A DNA stretch of 64,000 bases from Patescibacteria group bacterium (GCA_041671645.1 JBAZBD010000001.1:21561-85560), one strand, 5' to 3'. Counted from the first letter of the stretch, positions 18,378-28,876 are shown. Notes: generated from the letters alone by a model not told the origin. A program made the numbers and translations.

Positions 18378-18880
18378 TATTTTTCAAAAACACCATTTTT
18401 AGTAATTTCCTTGCCAACGGCCTGATAAGTCATTGAGTATGGAATGTCATAGCGATCAATCAATCCGAGAGCAATATCAACCAATGTTTTCTCGGAATCA
18501 CTTAACGCTGTATATCGATCGCTTAGTTTACATTTTTCAACAGCGCTGAGACCAGGGGCATCTTCTTTATGTGCTGATGAGCCGAACGAAGTAATAAATC
18601 GGAGTGAGTTTTCGGCTCTTAACTCGCCGAAGAGCCCTGCCGCGATAGAAGCAGCCACTTGCGCGTCTGTCCGATCCGAAGTTGGATTATCGCTATTTTC
18701 TCTAATCGTCTTGAAAAGAAGATTCTGGCCTCCATCATAATTTTCTGGGATCTCTTGCGAAGGCGCATCGGCGTCAGGCAGGACCACGGAACCACTGATT
18801 TTCGGGTCCTTCATGCCTGCATGAAGATCGTCTCCATCTCCAATGTCTACTCCAGGAACATCTGTTTCTGAGTCAACCAT
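18377..18880 (-). CDS. Hypothetical acidic protein (167 aa)
   Basis: GGAGG ribosome-binding site (short spacing) ahead of the ATG. Lies between hppA and the DUF3006 gene on the same strand; no recognisable domain. Confidence 0.4.
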   Translation of the reverse strand: MVDSETDVPGVDIGDGDDLHAGMKDPKISGSVVLPDADAPSQEIPENYDGGQNLLFKTIRENSDNPTSDRTDAQVAASIAAGLFGELRAENSLRFITSFGSSAHKEDAPGLSAVEKCKLSDRYTALSDSEKTLVDIALGLIDRYDIPYSMTYQAVGKEITKNGVFEK

Positions 18881-18897
18881 AGAGCCTCCGATTTTAG

Positions 18898-21012
18898 CTA
18901 TTTAGCCTTTTTAGCGGTCATCCTTGGGGCGAAGATCATCCAGGCGGCAACGCCGAGGACGAGAGCACCGACAATGATGATTTTGACCATGTTGGTCAAT
19001 TCATATTTGACCAGAGTGCCGGCGATAAGCATAGCGATAATATTTACGACTTTGATCACAGGGTTGATGGCCGGGCCAGCAGTATCCTTGTATGGATCGC
19101 CAACGGTATCGCCAGTGACAGCAGCAGCGTGTGCAATTGAACCTTTGCCACCAAAGTTTCCGTCTTCAATGTATTTCTTCGAGTTGTCCCAAGCGCCACC
19201 GCCAGAAGTCATCGAGATAGCGATGAAGAGTCCTGTGATGATGGTACCGATCAGGAATCCGCCAAGAGCGACAGGACCCAAAAGGAAACCAACCAAAATA
19301 GGTGCGGCTACCGTAATTACGGCTGGCAAAATCATCTCGCGAATAGCGGCTTTGGTCACAATATCGACTGCGCGACCGTAATCAGGTTTGGCTTTGCCCT
19401 CCATGATCCCCTTGATCTCGCGGAATTGTCTTCGAACTTCTTCGACGACAGCGCCAGCAGCCTTACCGACCGCCTGCATGGCGAGAGAGCCGAAGTAATA
19501 TGGAAGTAATCCACCAATAATCAAGCCAACCAGAACATACGGATCTTTGAGGTCGAAGGCGATGACTTTGCCACCAGCAGACAATTTCTCAGTATAATCA
19601 GCGAATAGTACCATAGCGGCCAATCCGGCAGAAGCGATAGCATAACCTTTGGTCACGGCTTTGGTCGTGTTGCCGACAGAGTCAAGCTCGTCAGTGTGGA
19701 CACGAACATCTGATGGCAATTCGGCCATTTCAGCAATTCCACCAGCGTTGTCTACGACTGGGCCAAAAGCGTCGATAGCAACGATAATACCGGCCATCGA
19801 GAGCATGGACATGGCAGCGATTGCGATACCGTAGATACCAGCAAGAGAGTAAGCGCCTAGAATTGCGGCAGCGATCACGAGGACTGGAGCGGCAGTAGAA
19901 CGCATTGAGACAGCCAGACCGGTGATAATATTGGTACCATGACCGGTGACTGAGCTCTCAGCAATTGACTGGACTGGGTTGAAAGATTTGGAAGTGAAAT
20001 ACTCAGTGATCAAACACATTGCGGCAGTGACGCCGAGACCGATCAGAGAAGTGTAATAAATGCTCATGACCGAATATTGACCGTTGTCTTTCATCATCCA
20101 GGCGGTGATGAAGTAGAATGCAACTGCGGCCAAGAGGCCAGCGACAGCTAGACCGATATAGAGAGTGCCCATGACATTCTTGGATTTCTTTGGCAATCTG
20201 ACAAACCAGCTACCGACGATCGAAGTTACGATCGAAGCGGCGCCAAGCATGAGCGGATATAGAATAGCGTTACCGAAACTAGCGAAGAAAAGGTGGCCAA
20301 GCAACATTGCGGCAACTGCAGTGACAGAATAGGTTTCAAATAAGTCAGCTGCCATACCAGCACAGTCGCCGACGTTATCACCAACATTGTCAGCGATCAC
20401 AGCAGGATTGCGTGGATCATCTTCTGGAATTCCAGCTTCGACTTTGCCGACCAAATCAGCTCCCACGTCAGCAGCCTTGGTGAAGATACCGCCGCCGAGA
20501 CGAGCGAAGATTGAGATCAATGATCCACCAAATCCGAGGCCGATCAGAGCTTCGAGATCATGGAAAATTGCGTAAAATCCAGCAACAGCCAAGAGACCAA
20601 GGCCGACGACGAGCAAACCAGTCACAGTGCCGGACTTGAAAGCAACGTCCATACCAGCGGCCAGGCCCTTGCGTGAAGCTTCAGCTGTGCGGACATTGCC
20701 GCGAACTGAAACATTCATGCCGATATAGCCAGCCAGTGCTGAGAAGACTGCGCCGACCATAAAGCCGAGAGCGATTTTCCAGCCGAGTGCGTAGAGCAAA
20801 ATTACAAATAAGACAGCGGCGACCATGCCGACAGTTGAGTATTGGCGATTCAAGAAGGCCATAGCACCAGTCTCGATCGCCTTGGCGATGTCGACCATCT
20901 TCTTGTTGCCTGGGTCTTTCTTGTTGACCGATAAGGCCAAGAAAAGACCGTAAATAATTGAGATGCCTGCAGCGCAGAGCGCGATCGTGAACGCAATTGT
21001 CTCCATACTCAT
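18898..21012 (-). CDS. hppA: Membrane-bound H+/Na+-translocating pyrophosphatase
   Basis: About 16 TM helices and conserved V-PPase motifs ([32 protein letters not shown]). True start is the internal MSMETIAF, preceded by a TGGGAG ribosome-binding site and a TTGAAC-17-TAAATT promoter. Confidence 0.9.
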   Translation of the reverse strand: MSMETIAFTIALCAAGISIIYGLFLALSVNKKDPGNKKMVDIAKAIETGAMAFLNRQYSTVGMVAAVLFVILLYALGWKIALGFMVGAVFSALAGYIGMNVSVRGNVRTAEASRKGLAAGMDVAFKSGTVTGLLVVGLGLLAVAGFYAIFHDLEALIGLGFGGSLISIFARLGGGIFTKAADVGADLVGKVEAGIPEDDPRNPAVIADNVGDNVGDCAGMAADLFETYSVTAVAAMLLGHLFFASFGNAILYPLMLGAASIVTSIVGSWFVRLPKKSKNVMGTLYIGLAVAGLLAAVAFYFITAWMMKDNGQYSVMSIYYTSLIGLGVTAAMCLITEYFTSKSFNPVQSIAESSVTGHGTNIITGLAVSMRSTAAPVLVIAAAILGAYSLAGIYGIAIAAMSMLSMAGIIVAIDAFGPVVDNAGGIAEMAELPSDVRVHTDELDSVGNTTKAVTKGYAIASAGLAAMVLFADYTEKLSAGGKVIAFDLKDPYVLVGLIIGGLLPYYFGSLAMQAVGKAAGAVVEEVRRQFREIKGIMEGKAKPDYGRAVDIVTKAAIREMILPAVITVAAPILVGFLLGPVALGGFLIGTIITGLFIAISMTSGGGAWDNSKKYIEDGNFGGKGSIAHAAAVTGDTVGDPYKDTAGPAINPVIKVVNIIAMLIAGTLVKYELTNMVKIIIVGALVLGVAAWMIFAPRMTAKKAK

Positions 21013-21203
21013 AAGACTCCCACAGTTAGTTTTATATAAGGTTATTCCTGTGTAATTTAACACAAGGGGGTCCAAAGTTCAATAACTGACGCCCCGAGAA
21101 GGAAATGGCGCCCTTAACGGCGTGAATAAAAGCGTTTCCTATCGCCTGAGCCCCATAAGACAGTCAGACCCCGATAATCGACCTCAAAGCTCTGATAAGG
21201 CTG

Positions 21204-21217
21204 AATTGAGCTCAATT
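21204..21217. promoter_or_regulatory. 14-bp perfect palindrome AATTGAGCTCAATT in the hppA/lipoprotein divergent promoter region
   Basis: Perfect dyad about 15 bp upstream of the -35 of the consensus promoter at 21233; a candidate operator for a dimeric regulator. Confidence 0.3.
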
Positions 21218-21232
21218 TACTCTCCATACCAT

Positions 21233-21261
21233 TGACAAAGTAGCAGTATATGTGCTATAAT
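21233..21261 (+). promoter_or_regulatory. Near-consensus sigma70 promoter (TTGACA-18-TATAAT) for the lipoprotein gene
   Basis: TTGACA at 21233-21238 and TATAAT at 21256-21261 with an 18-nt spacer, followed by AAGGAGG 8 nt before the ATG at 21356. Confidence 0.55.
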
Positions 21262-21355
21262 AACTAGTTACGCTGGTAAATCTTACATGCCGGCTGACTG
21301 CAAATTGACAACGAGGCAACGTGCCTCAATATATTCTGAAAAGGAGGACGCGAAC

Positions 21356-22498
21356 ATGCGTTCAATCGTTCTGGCCACTCTGGCCCTTTTTGCCGCTCTG
21401 CTAATGAGTGGCTGTAATGGAAATTCTTCCATATCGACCCCAATCAAAAATAACCTCAGCATCACTGTTGAGCGTTACGACGGTGCTGCGTGGCAGACCG
21501 TCGAAGTTGGAGAGAGTGTTTTTGAGAGCGACGAGCTCTCATTTGACGTATTAGCCCCCGCAATCAAACGCGGTGGGGTGGATATTGTCTGGTCAGTTAA
21601 GAAGGCTGGTTTCGAAATCACCGGAAACGGTGGAAAATCGTGGAAGTTGATGGCCGGTGATTACATCATCTCGGCTCAACTTGCCATCTCCGGTAGCCCT
21701 GTATTGCTTCGAGAGTTGACCGTTAAAGCTGGCTCCAGACCAATCCCGCCAGCGCCACTTGCTTGGAATCCAGTCTTACGAGGCTACACCCCGTATAGTT
21801 CCGCAAACAGCGTCTCAACACAGGCAAGTAGCTACACGCTACAACGTAGCGGTGACAAATTCTTGGCCAAAGTCGGCCAAAAATTGACAGTTGAGATTGA
21901 TCGAACGGATCACCGCGGTGGACCTGGCGACGGTACAGTAGACCCCACCGCACCTCTATATAAAGAGGTAAAGGTGGTCGTCGTCAACAACATCGGCGCG
22001 GAAGTCCCCACAACCTATGAAGACTACTACTGGGGCTATAACGGCCTCCTCCCCGTCTTTACAGTAAAGGAGAGTGGCGACTTCACAGCAAAAGTTAGCA
22101 TTGTCCTTAGCGACAATACGCAAAAGGATTTTAGTCTCCAATTACGTGTCGAAGACGTGGTTGTAGACCAGCCGATGACCGTCGCCATCAAATGGCATTA
22201 CTATGACGGCACGCTTAAAACGCTTACCCTAACCAATAACACATTGTATGTGCTGCCTGGCAATCGCTACGATATTAAAGCGTCGAAACCAGGCTGGGAA
22301 GGTGCTCAGCAAGAAATCGTGATCTTTAATGAGATCACCCAGGTCTCCCCGCCGTTGATGGTAGGGAACGACTTTATTGAAGGACTTATGTCCGGAACAG
22401 GCGAAGGCACCGTTCGGGTGACCTTAAGCAAGGATGGACAATCAGTCCACACCGACTTCCACGTGGAAGTCATAGAGGGGCTAGGAATGGTCCGATAA
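21356..22498 (+). CDS. Predicted lipoprotein of unknown function
   Basis: Start at MRSIVLATLALFAALLMSGC: signal peptide with a lipobox-like LMSGC, strong ribosome-binding site, beta-rich mature part. The track ORF start at 21287 lacks a ribosome-binding site. Confidence 0.55.
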   Translation: MRSIVLATLALFAALLMSGCNGNSSISTPIKNNLSITVERYDGAAWQTVEVGESVFESDELSFDVLAPAIKRGGVDIVWSVKKAGFEITGNGGKSWKLMAGDYIISAQLAISGSPVLLRELTVKAGSRPIPPAPLAWNPVLRGYTPYSSANSVSTQASSYTLQRSGDKFLAKVGQKLTVEIDRTDHRGGPGDGTVDPTAPLYKEVKVVVVNNIGAEVPTTYEDYYWGYNGLLPVFTVKESGDFTAKVSIVLSDNTQKDFSLQLRVEDVVVDQPMTVAIKWHYYDGTLKTLTLTNNTLYVLPGNRYDIKASKPGWEGAQQEIVIFNEITQVSPPLMVGNDFIEGLMSGTGEGTVRVTLSKDGQSVHTDFHVEVIEGLGMVR

Positions 22499-22570
22499 TA
22501 TTTTTTAGAAACTCCCTCTGGGGAGCTTAGGACAGCCCATCTGGGCTTGTCCAATGTACTTTAAACCGTT

Positions 22571-22607
22571 GCGCCCCGATAATTTTATCGGGGCGCTTCT
22601 GCGTTTT
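22571..22607. terminator. Bidirectional terminator between the convergent lipoprotein and GT4 genes
   Basis: GCGCCCCGAT-aatttt-ATCGGGGCGC is a perfect 10-bp stem followed by TTCTGCGTTTT. Confidence 0.65.
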
Positions 22608-22620
22608 AAGAGGACTTTAT

Positions 22621-23820
22621 TTATTTTAGAGCACTTTTATAGACGTCGAGAGTTTTCTCTGCCGTGTCGGACCAATTGTATTTGGCCGCTTGTTTCAGGC
22701 CTTTGGTTGAGAGCTCTCCCCTGAGCTTCTCGCCGGTGGAGACTCGTGCCATCGCCTTGGCCATATCTTCGATATCGTATGGATCGAAATACAGTGGAGC
22801 ATCGCCTAGAATTTCTGGCATACAGGAAACGTTGGATGAGAGTACTGGCGTGCCGCAAGCCATAGCTTGGAGCGGAGGGAGGCCGAAACCTTCATAGAGC
22901 GAAGGAATGATATAAGCCATCGCGCCAGCGAAACCAATCACCTGCTCCTCGGACTTCTCTGGCAAGAAACCAGTAGTAATAATGGAATTTGGAATTTGGA
23001 ATTTGGAATTTAGGTATTCTCGGACTCTTTTAATTTCTTCCATTACCTCTGGCTCTGCAGGATCGGGTTTGCCCATTAGGACTAGTTGAACAAAATTACT
23101 AGATTCCCGGGTCATGGCTTCGCCTGCCCGAGAATGACAATCAACGACAAACTTCTCATAGGCCTGGATTAGGCGTACGAGATTTTTGTGTTTTTTCCAC
23201 ATTCCGGCATAGAGAAAATAATCGCCGGTGATGCCAAATTTCTCCTTAAAATCTTTGACCTTCGAGGTCTGACCTTTGACCGATTCGTTATATTTCAAAT
23301 CGAAACCGAGATGAGTGACCGCTATCTTCTCTGGTTTGACGCTGAATCTTTTGACAATGTCCTGTTTGGTTGTTTCTGAGACAGAAATTATCTTGGCTGA
23401 GTCTCGAGCCGCTGATTGCATTACCTTCTTGAAGGCGAATTGCTTGATCGGATTAGCTTGGAAGAATTCGGTGAATTGGGTCAAGTCATGGATCGTGACG
23501 ACATAATTGCCCCGATACATGACCGGGTGATTGAACTGGGTAAAGTGCACGAGATCATACTTTTTATGATTCAGAAAAGTTAGGAGTTTGGTCTGCTCCG
23601 CCATGGAATAATGGGGGACGTCCAGAATCTTGGTTTGAAAGTTAGATGATTTTCCGAATGTTGGGTAGGCCTTCAATTTCTCTAGGCCCTGCGGACGGAT
23701 TAATAGTGTATACTCATTTTCCTTATCCAATTCCAAGACTCGGCTCAAAATCTCAAGGGTGTAGATAGTAAGTGAAGAGCCTATACCAATAAATCTGCCG
23801 TCAATTAGAATTTTTTTCAT
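22621..23820 (-). CDS. Glycosyltransferase family 4 (GT-B, GT1 domain)
   Basis: C-terminal EGFGLPPLQAMACGTPV motif typical of GT4 enzymes. Carries an internal heptanucleotide repeat. Confidence 0.8.
   Translation of the reverse strand: MKKILIDGRFIGIGSSLTIYTLEILSRVLELDKENEYTLLIRPQGLEKLKAYPTFGKSSNFQTKILDVPHYSMAEQTKLLTFLNHKKYDLVHFTQFNHPVMYRGNYVVTIHDLTQFTEFFQANPIKQFAFKKVMQSAARDSAKIISVSETTKQDIVKRFSVKPEKIAVTHLGFDLKYNESVKGQTSKVKDFKEKFGITGDYFLYAGMWKKHKNLVRLIQAYEKFVVDCHSRAGEAMTRESSNFVQLVLMGKPDPAEPEVMEEIKRVREYLNSKFQIPNSIITTGFLPEKSEEQVIGFAGAMAYIIPSLYEGFGLPPLQAMACGTPVLSSNVSCMPEILGDAPLYFDPYDIEDMAKAMARVSTGEKLRGELSTKGLKQAAKYNWSDTAEKTLDVYKSALK
22984..23011. repeat. Perfect tandem heptanucleotide repeat (GGAATTT)x4 inside the GT4 coding sequence
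   Basis: Four exact copies across 28 bp, read directly from the sequence. It encodes KFQIPNSI in the GT4 frame. The unit length is not a multiple of 3. Confidence 0.9.
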
Positions 23821-25048
23821 CTGTTTCCTTTTTTACATTGGCCAAAGCGACTCCGATCAGGATAAACAAAGAGTAGCTCAAAGCTGGATTATCTGCAAAA
23901 GTATGAAGAAATATGGCGGTGATCGACACGGCCAACAGTGAGAAGAAAAGTCCCAGCTCTTTGGCACGAATAAGGGCAGTAGAGACGAGGTAAGAGATAT
24001 AGAGCCAAAGAGCCAAGCCGATGGCACCAATCTCAAGCAAAAGTTGGATATACCAAGATTCGGAAATTATACCTCCGTATTTGATGGCAATTGGCCCAGC
24101 TGTGCCAAGTCCATTGCCAAAGATCAAAATCGCCGGCTCTGCTAGCCTGTGCGTCACTTCATCAATTGAACTCTGGAGAGCGAAATTGTGGCCGGCCTGT
24201 GATTGGCCATGAGTCATGAATTGCGAGACCGTGGCGTTCGGCCAGAACCAGAGAGCCACAGCCAACGCCACGACAGCGAGACCGATAATTGAAATTATTT
24301 TCTTGACCCTCAAATTTGACTTGATGAAGATGAAGACAAAGAGTGAAACTATCAGCCCTATCAGCGCCGCTCGAGAAAAGGAGAGGAAGACGCCTAGGAA
24401 TAATACGATCGCCAACGAGATCGATAATTTCTTGGCACTGCCCTTGAAAATATTGTTGATGCAGATGAAGAAAGCCGGCAAAAGGTATGAGCCGAGCTGG
24501 ATCGCGCCAAGCAAGAAGGAGGCGCTCCGCTGCAAATCCATGTCGAAGCTGACTAGGAATGAGCCATATCCGTTCTCGACCCCGGGGATGATTATTCGCC
24601 AATAGTCAGCAGGGAGAAACCTCTCCAGTATCGCCCAAATCGCCACGGCCAGAGCGGTGCCAAGATAAACCTTGGTCATTTTTTTGATGTCAATAAGATC
24701 GCCCAGATTGGATAGTCCAAAGAGTAAAACGAGTGGCATGAGGGTAAATCGGAATCCCTCAATCCCCTGGCCCCAGCTTGGTGAGAAGAAAAAGATAGAG
24801 AAAGCGCCAAGGATAAGAATCGCCAGAATCGGCAATTGCCTATACAAATTAGCTTTTGCCTTGGGGAGGATCGAAAAGCGGACAAGCGCGATAAGAGCAA
24901 TTATCAAAATGATTGGCTCATAGAAATGAAGTGCCCAGAAGGAGACCCCGGAATCAATATTAATTGAGTCAAAATAAAAAGAGAGTAACTGCTGGAAGGG
25001 CAAGAGGATGATTAGAAAAGCAAGAAAAATATTAAGAGCTTTTTTCAT
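23801..25048 (-). CDS. Wzy_C-family membrane protein (O-antigen ligase/polymerase-like), paralog 1
   Basis: 10-12 TM helices and a periplasmic loop with the Wzy_C-type signature (SFSRAALIG). Internal start MKKALNIFLAFL is preferred. Confidence 0.6.
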   Translation of the reverse strand: MKKALNIFLAFLIILLPFQQLLSFYFDSINIDSGVSFWALHFYEPIILIIALIALVRFSILPKAKANLYRQLPILAILILGAFSIFFFSPSWGQGIEGFRFTLMPLVLLFGLSNLGDLIDIKKMTKVYLGTALAVAIWAILERFLPADYWRIIIPGVENGYGSFLVSFDMDLQRSASFLLGAIQLGSYLLPAFFICINNIFKGSAKKLSISLAIVLFLGVFLSFSRAALIGLIVSLFVFIFIKSNLRVKKIISIIGLAVVALAVALWFWPNATVSQFMTHGQSQAGHNFALQSSIDEVTHRLAEPAILIFGNGLGTAGPIAIKYGGIISESWYIQLLLEIGAIGLALWLYISYLVSTALIRAKELGLFFSLLAVSITAIFLHTFADNPALSYSLFILIGVALANVKKETDEKNSN

Positions 25049-26264
25049 TGTTTTGGCTTCCCTTCCCAAGCAAAAATGCTGAGGCGAAAACGAGCCAGAA
25101 GATGACCGAGAGATCGTTCTTGAAATAGGTCGTGTCAAATAAGCCATGGATCAGGATCGCGGACATAGCGGCGGCCACAAAATATTTGGTATTGCCGACC
25201 GATGCCCTCCAGGTATTTACGAAGAAGCTGATGATGAGGCCGAAAAGTGCAATGATGCCAACTAATCCCAAATTGAGCCAGAAAGCGAGGAAGAGATTGT
25301 GCGGGTGAATTGCGTATGGGAGGCCAAACTGTGTGAAGCTGGGATTGTTGAGGGCCACGACCGCCACCTTGTCCTGGAAGTCCCCCATGCCAATGCCAAA
25401 CAAATAATCTGAATTGATCAGTTGAAAACTGTAGCGATAAATTTCGGTACGCACAGTCTGAGTTGTCAGCAAACTGTCCGCAATTTGTGTCAGGAAGAAA
25501 ATTGCTATTGCAGATATGACGCCAAGGGCCGTCCACTTCAGAAACTTTCCTCTAATGAAGCTAAACGAGACAACCACAAGGCCAGAGAACAAAGCAATCA
25601 GCCCTCCGCTGGATTTACTCAAGACAAGCGCAGTTATTGCGATGAGGATTGAAACTATTTGAACGAAAAGAAGAAAATTGAATTTTCTCCAATTGACAGA
25701 GACAGCGGCGAGAAGCAGGACAGGAACGATGAACATCGTCAGATAATTTGGCGATTCGAAAGGACCAAAGAATCTTTGCTCACTAATATATTGGGCGAAA
25801 GAAGAATCGGTGCTTTGATAAAGCATCGGCGCAATCAGCCCTAGTCTTTGCAAGATAGCCCAGAGAGAAATCAGGAAGAGTGGGACGAAGAGAAGACGCA
25901 ATGATTTGATGAAGCCTTCACGGTCCTGGCCGAAGAGATTGATGATAGAGAGATAAAACATTATAGGGATTACAATCCAGCCCTTGGCGATTCCGAGAGA
26001 GACAGTGCTTGTTCCGTTGGCGATTAAGCTCAAGACAGCGGCAAAAACTACCAGATAAGCCCAGGGAGAGCCCCAGTTCCAGCTCTTCTTCTGTGATAAT
26101 TTCAAAATCAAAACCAAGAAGAAGAAAATGAGAATCAAAAGTTCAAGCGGATTGGTCCTGATCGAGCCGATCAAGGTAAAGCGAAAAATATAGGCCGGCA
26201 AAAAAATTAGTACAAGAGAATAGGCAGCAAAGGAAAACGACCTCAAATTTAATTTATTTTTCAT
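25032..26264 (-). CDS. Wzy_C-family membrane protein, paralog 2
   Basis: Polytopic membrane protein with a similar topology and an SKSSGGLIALFSG segment; overlaps its neighbours by a few nucleotides. Confidence 0.55.
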   Translation of the reverse strand: MKNKLNLRSFSFAAYSLVLIFLPAYIFRFTLIGSIRTNPLELLILIFFFLVLILKLSQKKSWNWGSPWAYLVVFAAVLSLIANGTSTVSLGIAKGWIVIPIMFYLSIINLFGQDREGFIKSLRLLFVPLFLISLWAILQRLGLIAPMLYQSTDSSFAQYISEQRFFGPFESPNYLTMFIVPVLLLAAVSVNWRKFNFLLFVQIVSILIAITALVLSKSSGGLIALFSGLVVVSFSFIRGKFLKWTALGVISAIAIFFLTQIADSLLTTQTVRTEIYRYSFQLINSDYLFGIGMGDFQDKVAVVALNNPSFTQFGLPYAIHPHNLFLAFWLNLGLVGIIALFGLIISFFVNTWRASVGNTKYFVAAAMSAILIHGLFDTTYFKNDLSVIFWLVFASAFLLGKGSQNNEKSS

Positions 26265-27576
26265 TTTGTTTGAATTGATATGAATTTAGCCAAGCCAAGA
26301 AGACCCAAAACGAAATTACATACAAAGTAGAGAAGAAATTATATTGGATCAGGACCGCCAGCATGCCGAGAGAGAGCGCAATCACCGTAGATTTTTGAGC
26401 GAGCGGAAGTGATCGGGTCGCCTTCCGAATTTCGATCGCCAAGAAGACCAAGAAAAGAAGGAAGAGAGTGAGTCCGACAGCACCGTTCTCAGCTAACAAT
26501 TCCAAATATTCGTTGTTAACTATCAGATACTGGCCGTTTGCAAGCTGTGCAGCCGGAGTGTAAAGATAGCCGAAGCTGGCTGGACCGGCGCCAAAAATTG
26601 GCTTTTTCTTAAATGAATCTATGGCCGAGCCATAAAATCCAAGCCGTTCGAAAGTCGAGTAGTCCGACCTCTGGCTCGGGACAACGTTGGTCGTCTGCTG
26701 TAAAAAACTTGAAGTTAGCTGAACTTTTTGGCCGTCCTTTGGTGGGTTCTTGATGTCTCTAACCATTTGATTGAGCCAAATCAGACCAAAACAGATGCCG
26801 AGAGATAAGATGAATGCGACAATGCCGCCGCCGATCTTGGCAAAACGATTGGCGATAGTCTTATTACAGATTATATAAATCAGGAAGATCAGTAGAGCCA
26901 CGCCCATGCCCAAGAAAGCGCCTCGTGACATTGTGAGCAGAAAGTTCACCAAGAATAGTACGATCAGCCAAAAAGTTGAATTGAAAAACTTAGCTCCAAA
27001 GATATATTTTCTCAGAGATATAAGGATCGGGATGATTAGAAAGTTTGCAAAATATAACGGCTCCAAAGCGACAGATTGAATTCGGGCAAAGCCAAAAACT
27101 TCCTTGGTATAGCGTTGTAGCAAGCCAGTAAATGTTGTCGGGGCGTCAAAAGTGTCTCCCAGGAATTGTACAAGACCGAAAATAGAAATGAAAATAGCAG
27201 CGGCAATTAGGAATTTTTCAATTTTCTCAAAGCTAATCTTGGCGATAACGCGAGAAAAGGAGAAATAAATCAAAAACATAAACAGCCAGAGCAAGGTGAA
27301 AATTAGTCCGCGTTTGGTCGGTGCAAGCATGAAAGAGATCAAGTCTGAGATGAATAATCCGACCAGGATAACCTCAGACCCTCTGAATTTGACAAATTTA
27401 TCCTTGCGAAAGAGGAGGCCAAAAAGCCAGCAGGAAAGGAAAGCGATAGCCAAGAGATAGCTGATCTTGACCGTGAACCCTCCAACGTCGAAAGTCGGGA
27501 TTCGTTCGAAAGGCAGGAAAAAAAAGATGGCTAGGACGAGGCCTGATAGGATGTTTGGTAGAGTAACTTTCTTCAT
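26254..27576 (-). CDS. Wzy_C-family membrane protein, paralog 3
   Basis: Polytopic membrane protein with a TMSRGAFLGMG motif, in tandem with paralogs 1 and 2. Confidence 0.55.
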   Translation of the reverse strand: MKKVTLPNILSGLVLAIFFFLPFERIPTFDVGGFTVKISYLLAIAFLSCWLFGLLFRKDKFVKFRGSEVILVGLFISDLISFMLAPTKRGLIFTLLWLFMFLIYFSFSRVIAKISFEKIEKFLIAAAIFISIFGLVQFLGDTFDAPTTFTGLLQRYTKEVFGFARIQSVALEPLYFANFLIIPILISLRKYIFGAKFFNSTFWLIVLFLVNFLLTMSRGAFLGMGVALLIFLIYIICNKTIANRFAKIGGGIVAFILSLGICFGLIWLNQMVRDIKNPPKDGQKVQLTSSFLQQTTNVVPSQRSDYSTFERLGFYGSAIDSFKKKPIFGAGPASFGYLYTPAAQLANGQYLIVNNEYLELLAENGAVGLTLFLLFLVFLAIEIRKATRSLPLAQKSTVIALSLGMLAVLIQYNFFSTLYVISFWVFLAWLNSYQFKQNEK

Positions 27577-27689
27577 AGATTTATTATACCTTATTATTTA
27601 TATTTTTTTTGGTGGGGTAATTGCCTCATAAAAAGCAAATGCCCCCAGGCAAGGGCTTAAAAGTTGTATGAAGCTATGATAAAATTAGT

Positions 27690-28871
27690 TTGATGATATT
27701 GTCAAATTGGGACAGAAAATTTGTGTCTGCTATTCTCTGCGTATCCGTGTTTTCTCTGACGCTCGCGGCAATGCAAAAAGTTCATGCTGAAATCAACAGC
27801 ACTGATTTTGTAAATAATAAATCCTACAACAATCTGATCTCCAACAGGGACTTTATCGATATCGGATCGATGACCCAGGACGAAATTCAAGCCTTCCTCA
27901 ATACTAAGGCCTCTTATCTAAAAGAATTTTCTGAGGGTGGCAAGAGCGCTGCACAAATTATTTATGAGGCGGCTCGAGGCAAGAAAAATACTGCCGCCAG
28001 AGATGGCGAGGATTACAGCACTTATCTAGGTGAAACATATAAGAATGTCACGGTCAACGAAAGCACCGGCACCGTGAGCCCCAAAGTACTGCTTGTGATG
28101 CTGCAAAAGGAACAAAGCTTGATCACTCGAACTGAACGCAACGATGACGCCCTAACGATCGCCATGGGCTACGGCTGCCCCGATTCGAGCAGTTGCTCCA
28201 GTCATTATTTCGGCTTTACTTTCCAAGTCGAATGGGCGGCTTGGCAATTGCGTTACAATTATGGACGCTCACAAGGTAAAGGAACCGATTTTCAGGTCGG
28301 CCAGACGATGACCGGGGTAGACGGACAATACGATGTCACATTTATGAACGAAGCCACAGCTTCGCTCTATCGCTATACTCCGCATGTTTTCGATAGCGCC
28401 TATAATTTTATGAACTTGTATGATAGTTGGTTCACTACCCACGCCGATAGTGAAAGTGACGACACGGCCAACTTCACCCTCAAAACTTATACTAACGCCC
28501 AAAAAGTTTCTGGCGGGAAAAGAAGCGACACTATCGCTTATCTGAACAACAGCCCCCTAAGCGACGGTGGGCTCGGATCTAGAAGTTGGAATATTAATTT
28601 TACCGATCTGGCTTACGGGACCAATAATTACACCTTAGAATACAAGGACGCGGGCGGTACTCTGGTCGATACAAAATCGATAGTGATCGAGATTCACAAA
28701 CCTGGCGATATCGACGGCAATAACGCCGTCGACGTCCAGGACCTTTCGATTTTCGCCGCCTACTGGTCGCAGATCAATCCAGAGGAGCCACTGGCCAATT
28801 TGACCGGTGAAGTCGGCCATGCCATTAACGTTCAGGATCTTTCAATCTTGGCGGGGTATTGGGGAAAGTAG
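27690..28871 (+). CDS. Secreted protein with a C-terminal dockerin (type I repeats)
   Basis: N-terminal signal-like hydrophobic segment. The C-terminus has two dockerin repeats, DIDGNNAVDVQDLSIFAAYW and GHAINVQDLSILAGYW. The central domain is unassigned. Confidence 0.6.
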   Translation: MMILSNWDRKFVSAILCVSVFSLTLAAMQKVHAEINSTDFVNNKSYNNLISNRDFIDIGSMTQDEIQAFLNTKASYLKEFSEGGKSAAQIIYEAARGKKNTAARDGEDYSTYLGETYKNVTVNESTGTVSPKVLLVMLQKEQSLITRTERNDDALTIAMGYGCPDSSSCSSHYFGFTFQVEWAAWQLRYNYGRSQGKGTDFQVGQTMTGVDGQYDVTFMNEATASLYRYTPHVFDSAYNFMNLYDSWFTTHADSESDDTANFTLKTYTNAQKVSGGKRSDTIAYLNNSPLSDGGLGSRSWNINFTDLAYGTNNYTLEYKDAGGTLVDTKSIVIEIHKPGDIDGNNAVDVQDLSIFAAYWSQINPEEPLANLTGEVGHAINVQDLSILAGYWGK

Positions 28872-28876
28872 TTACA

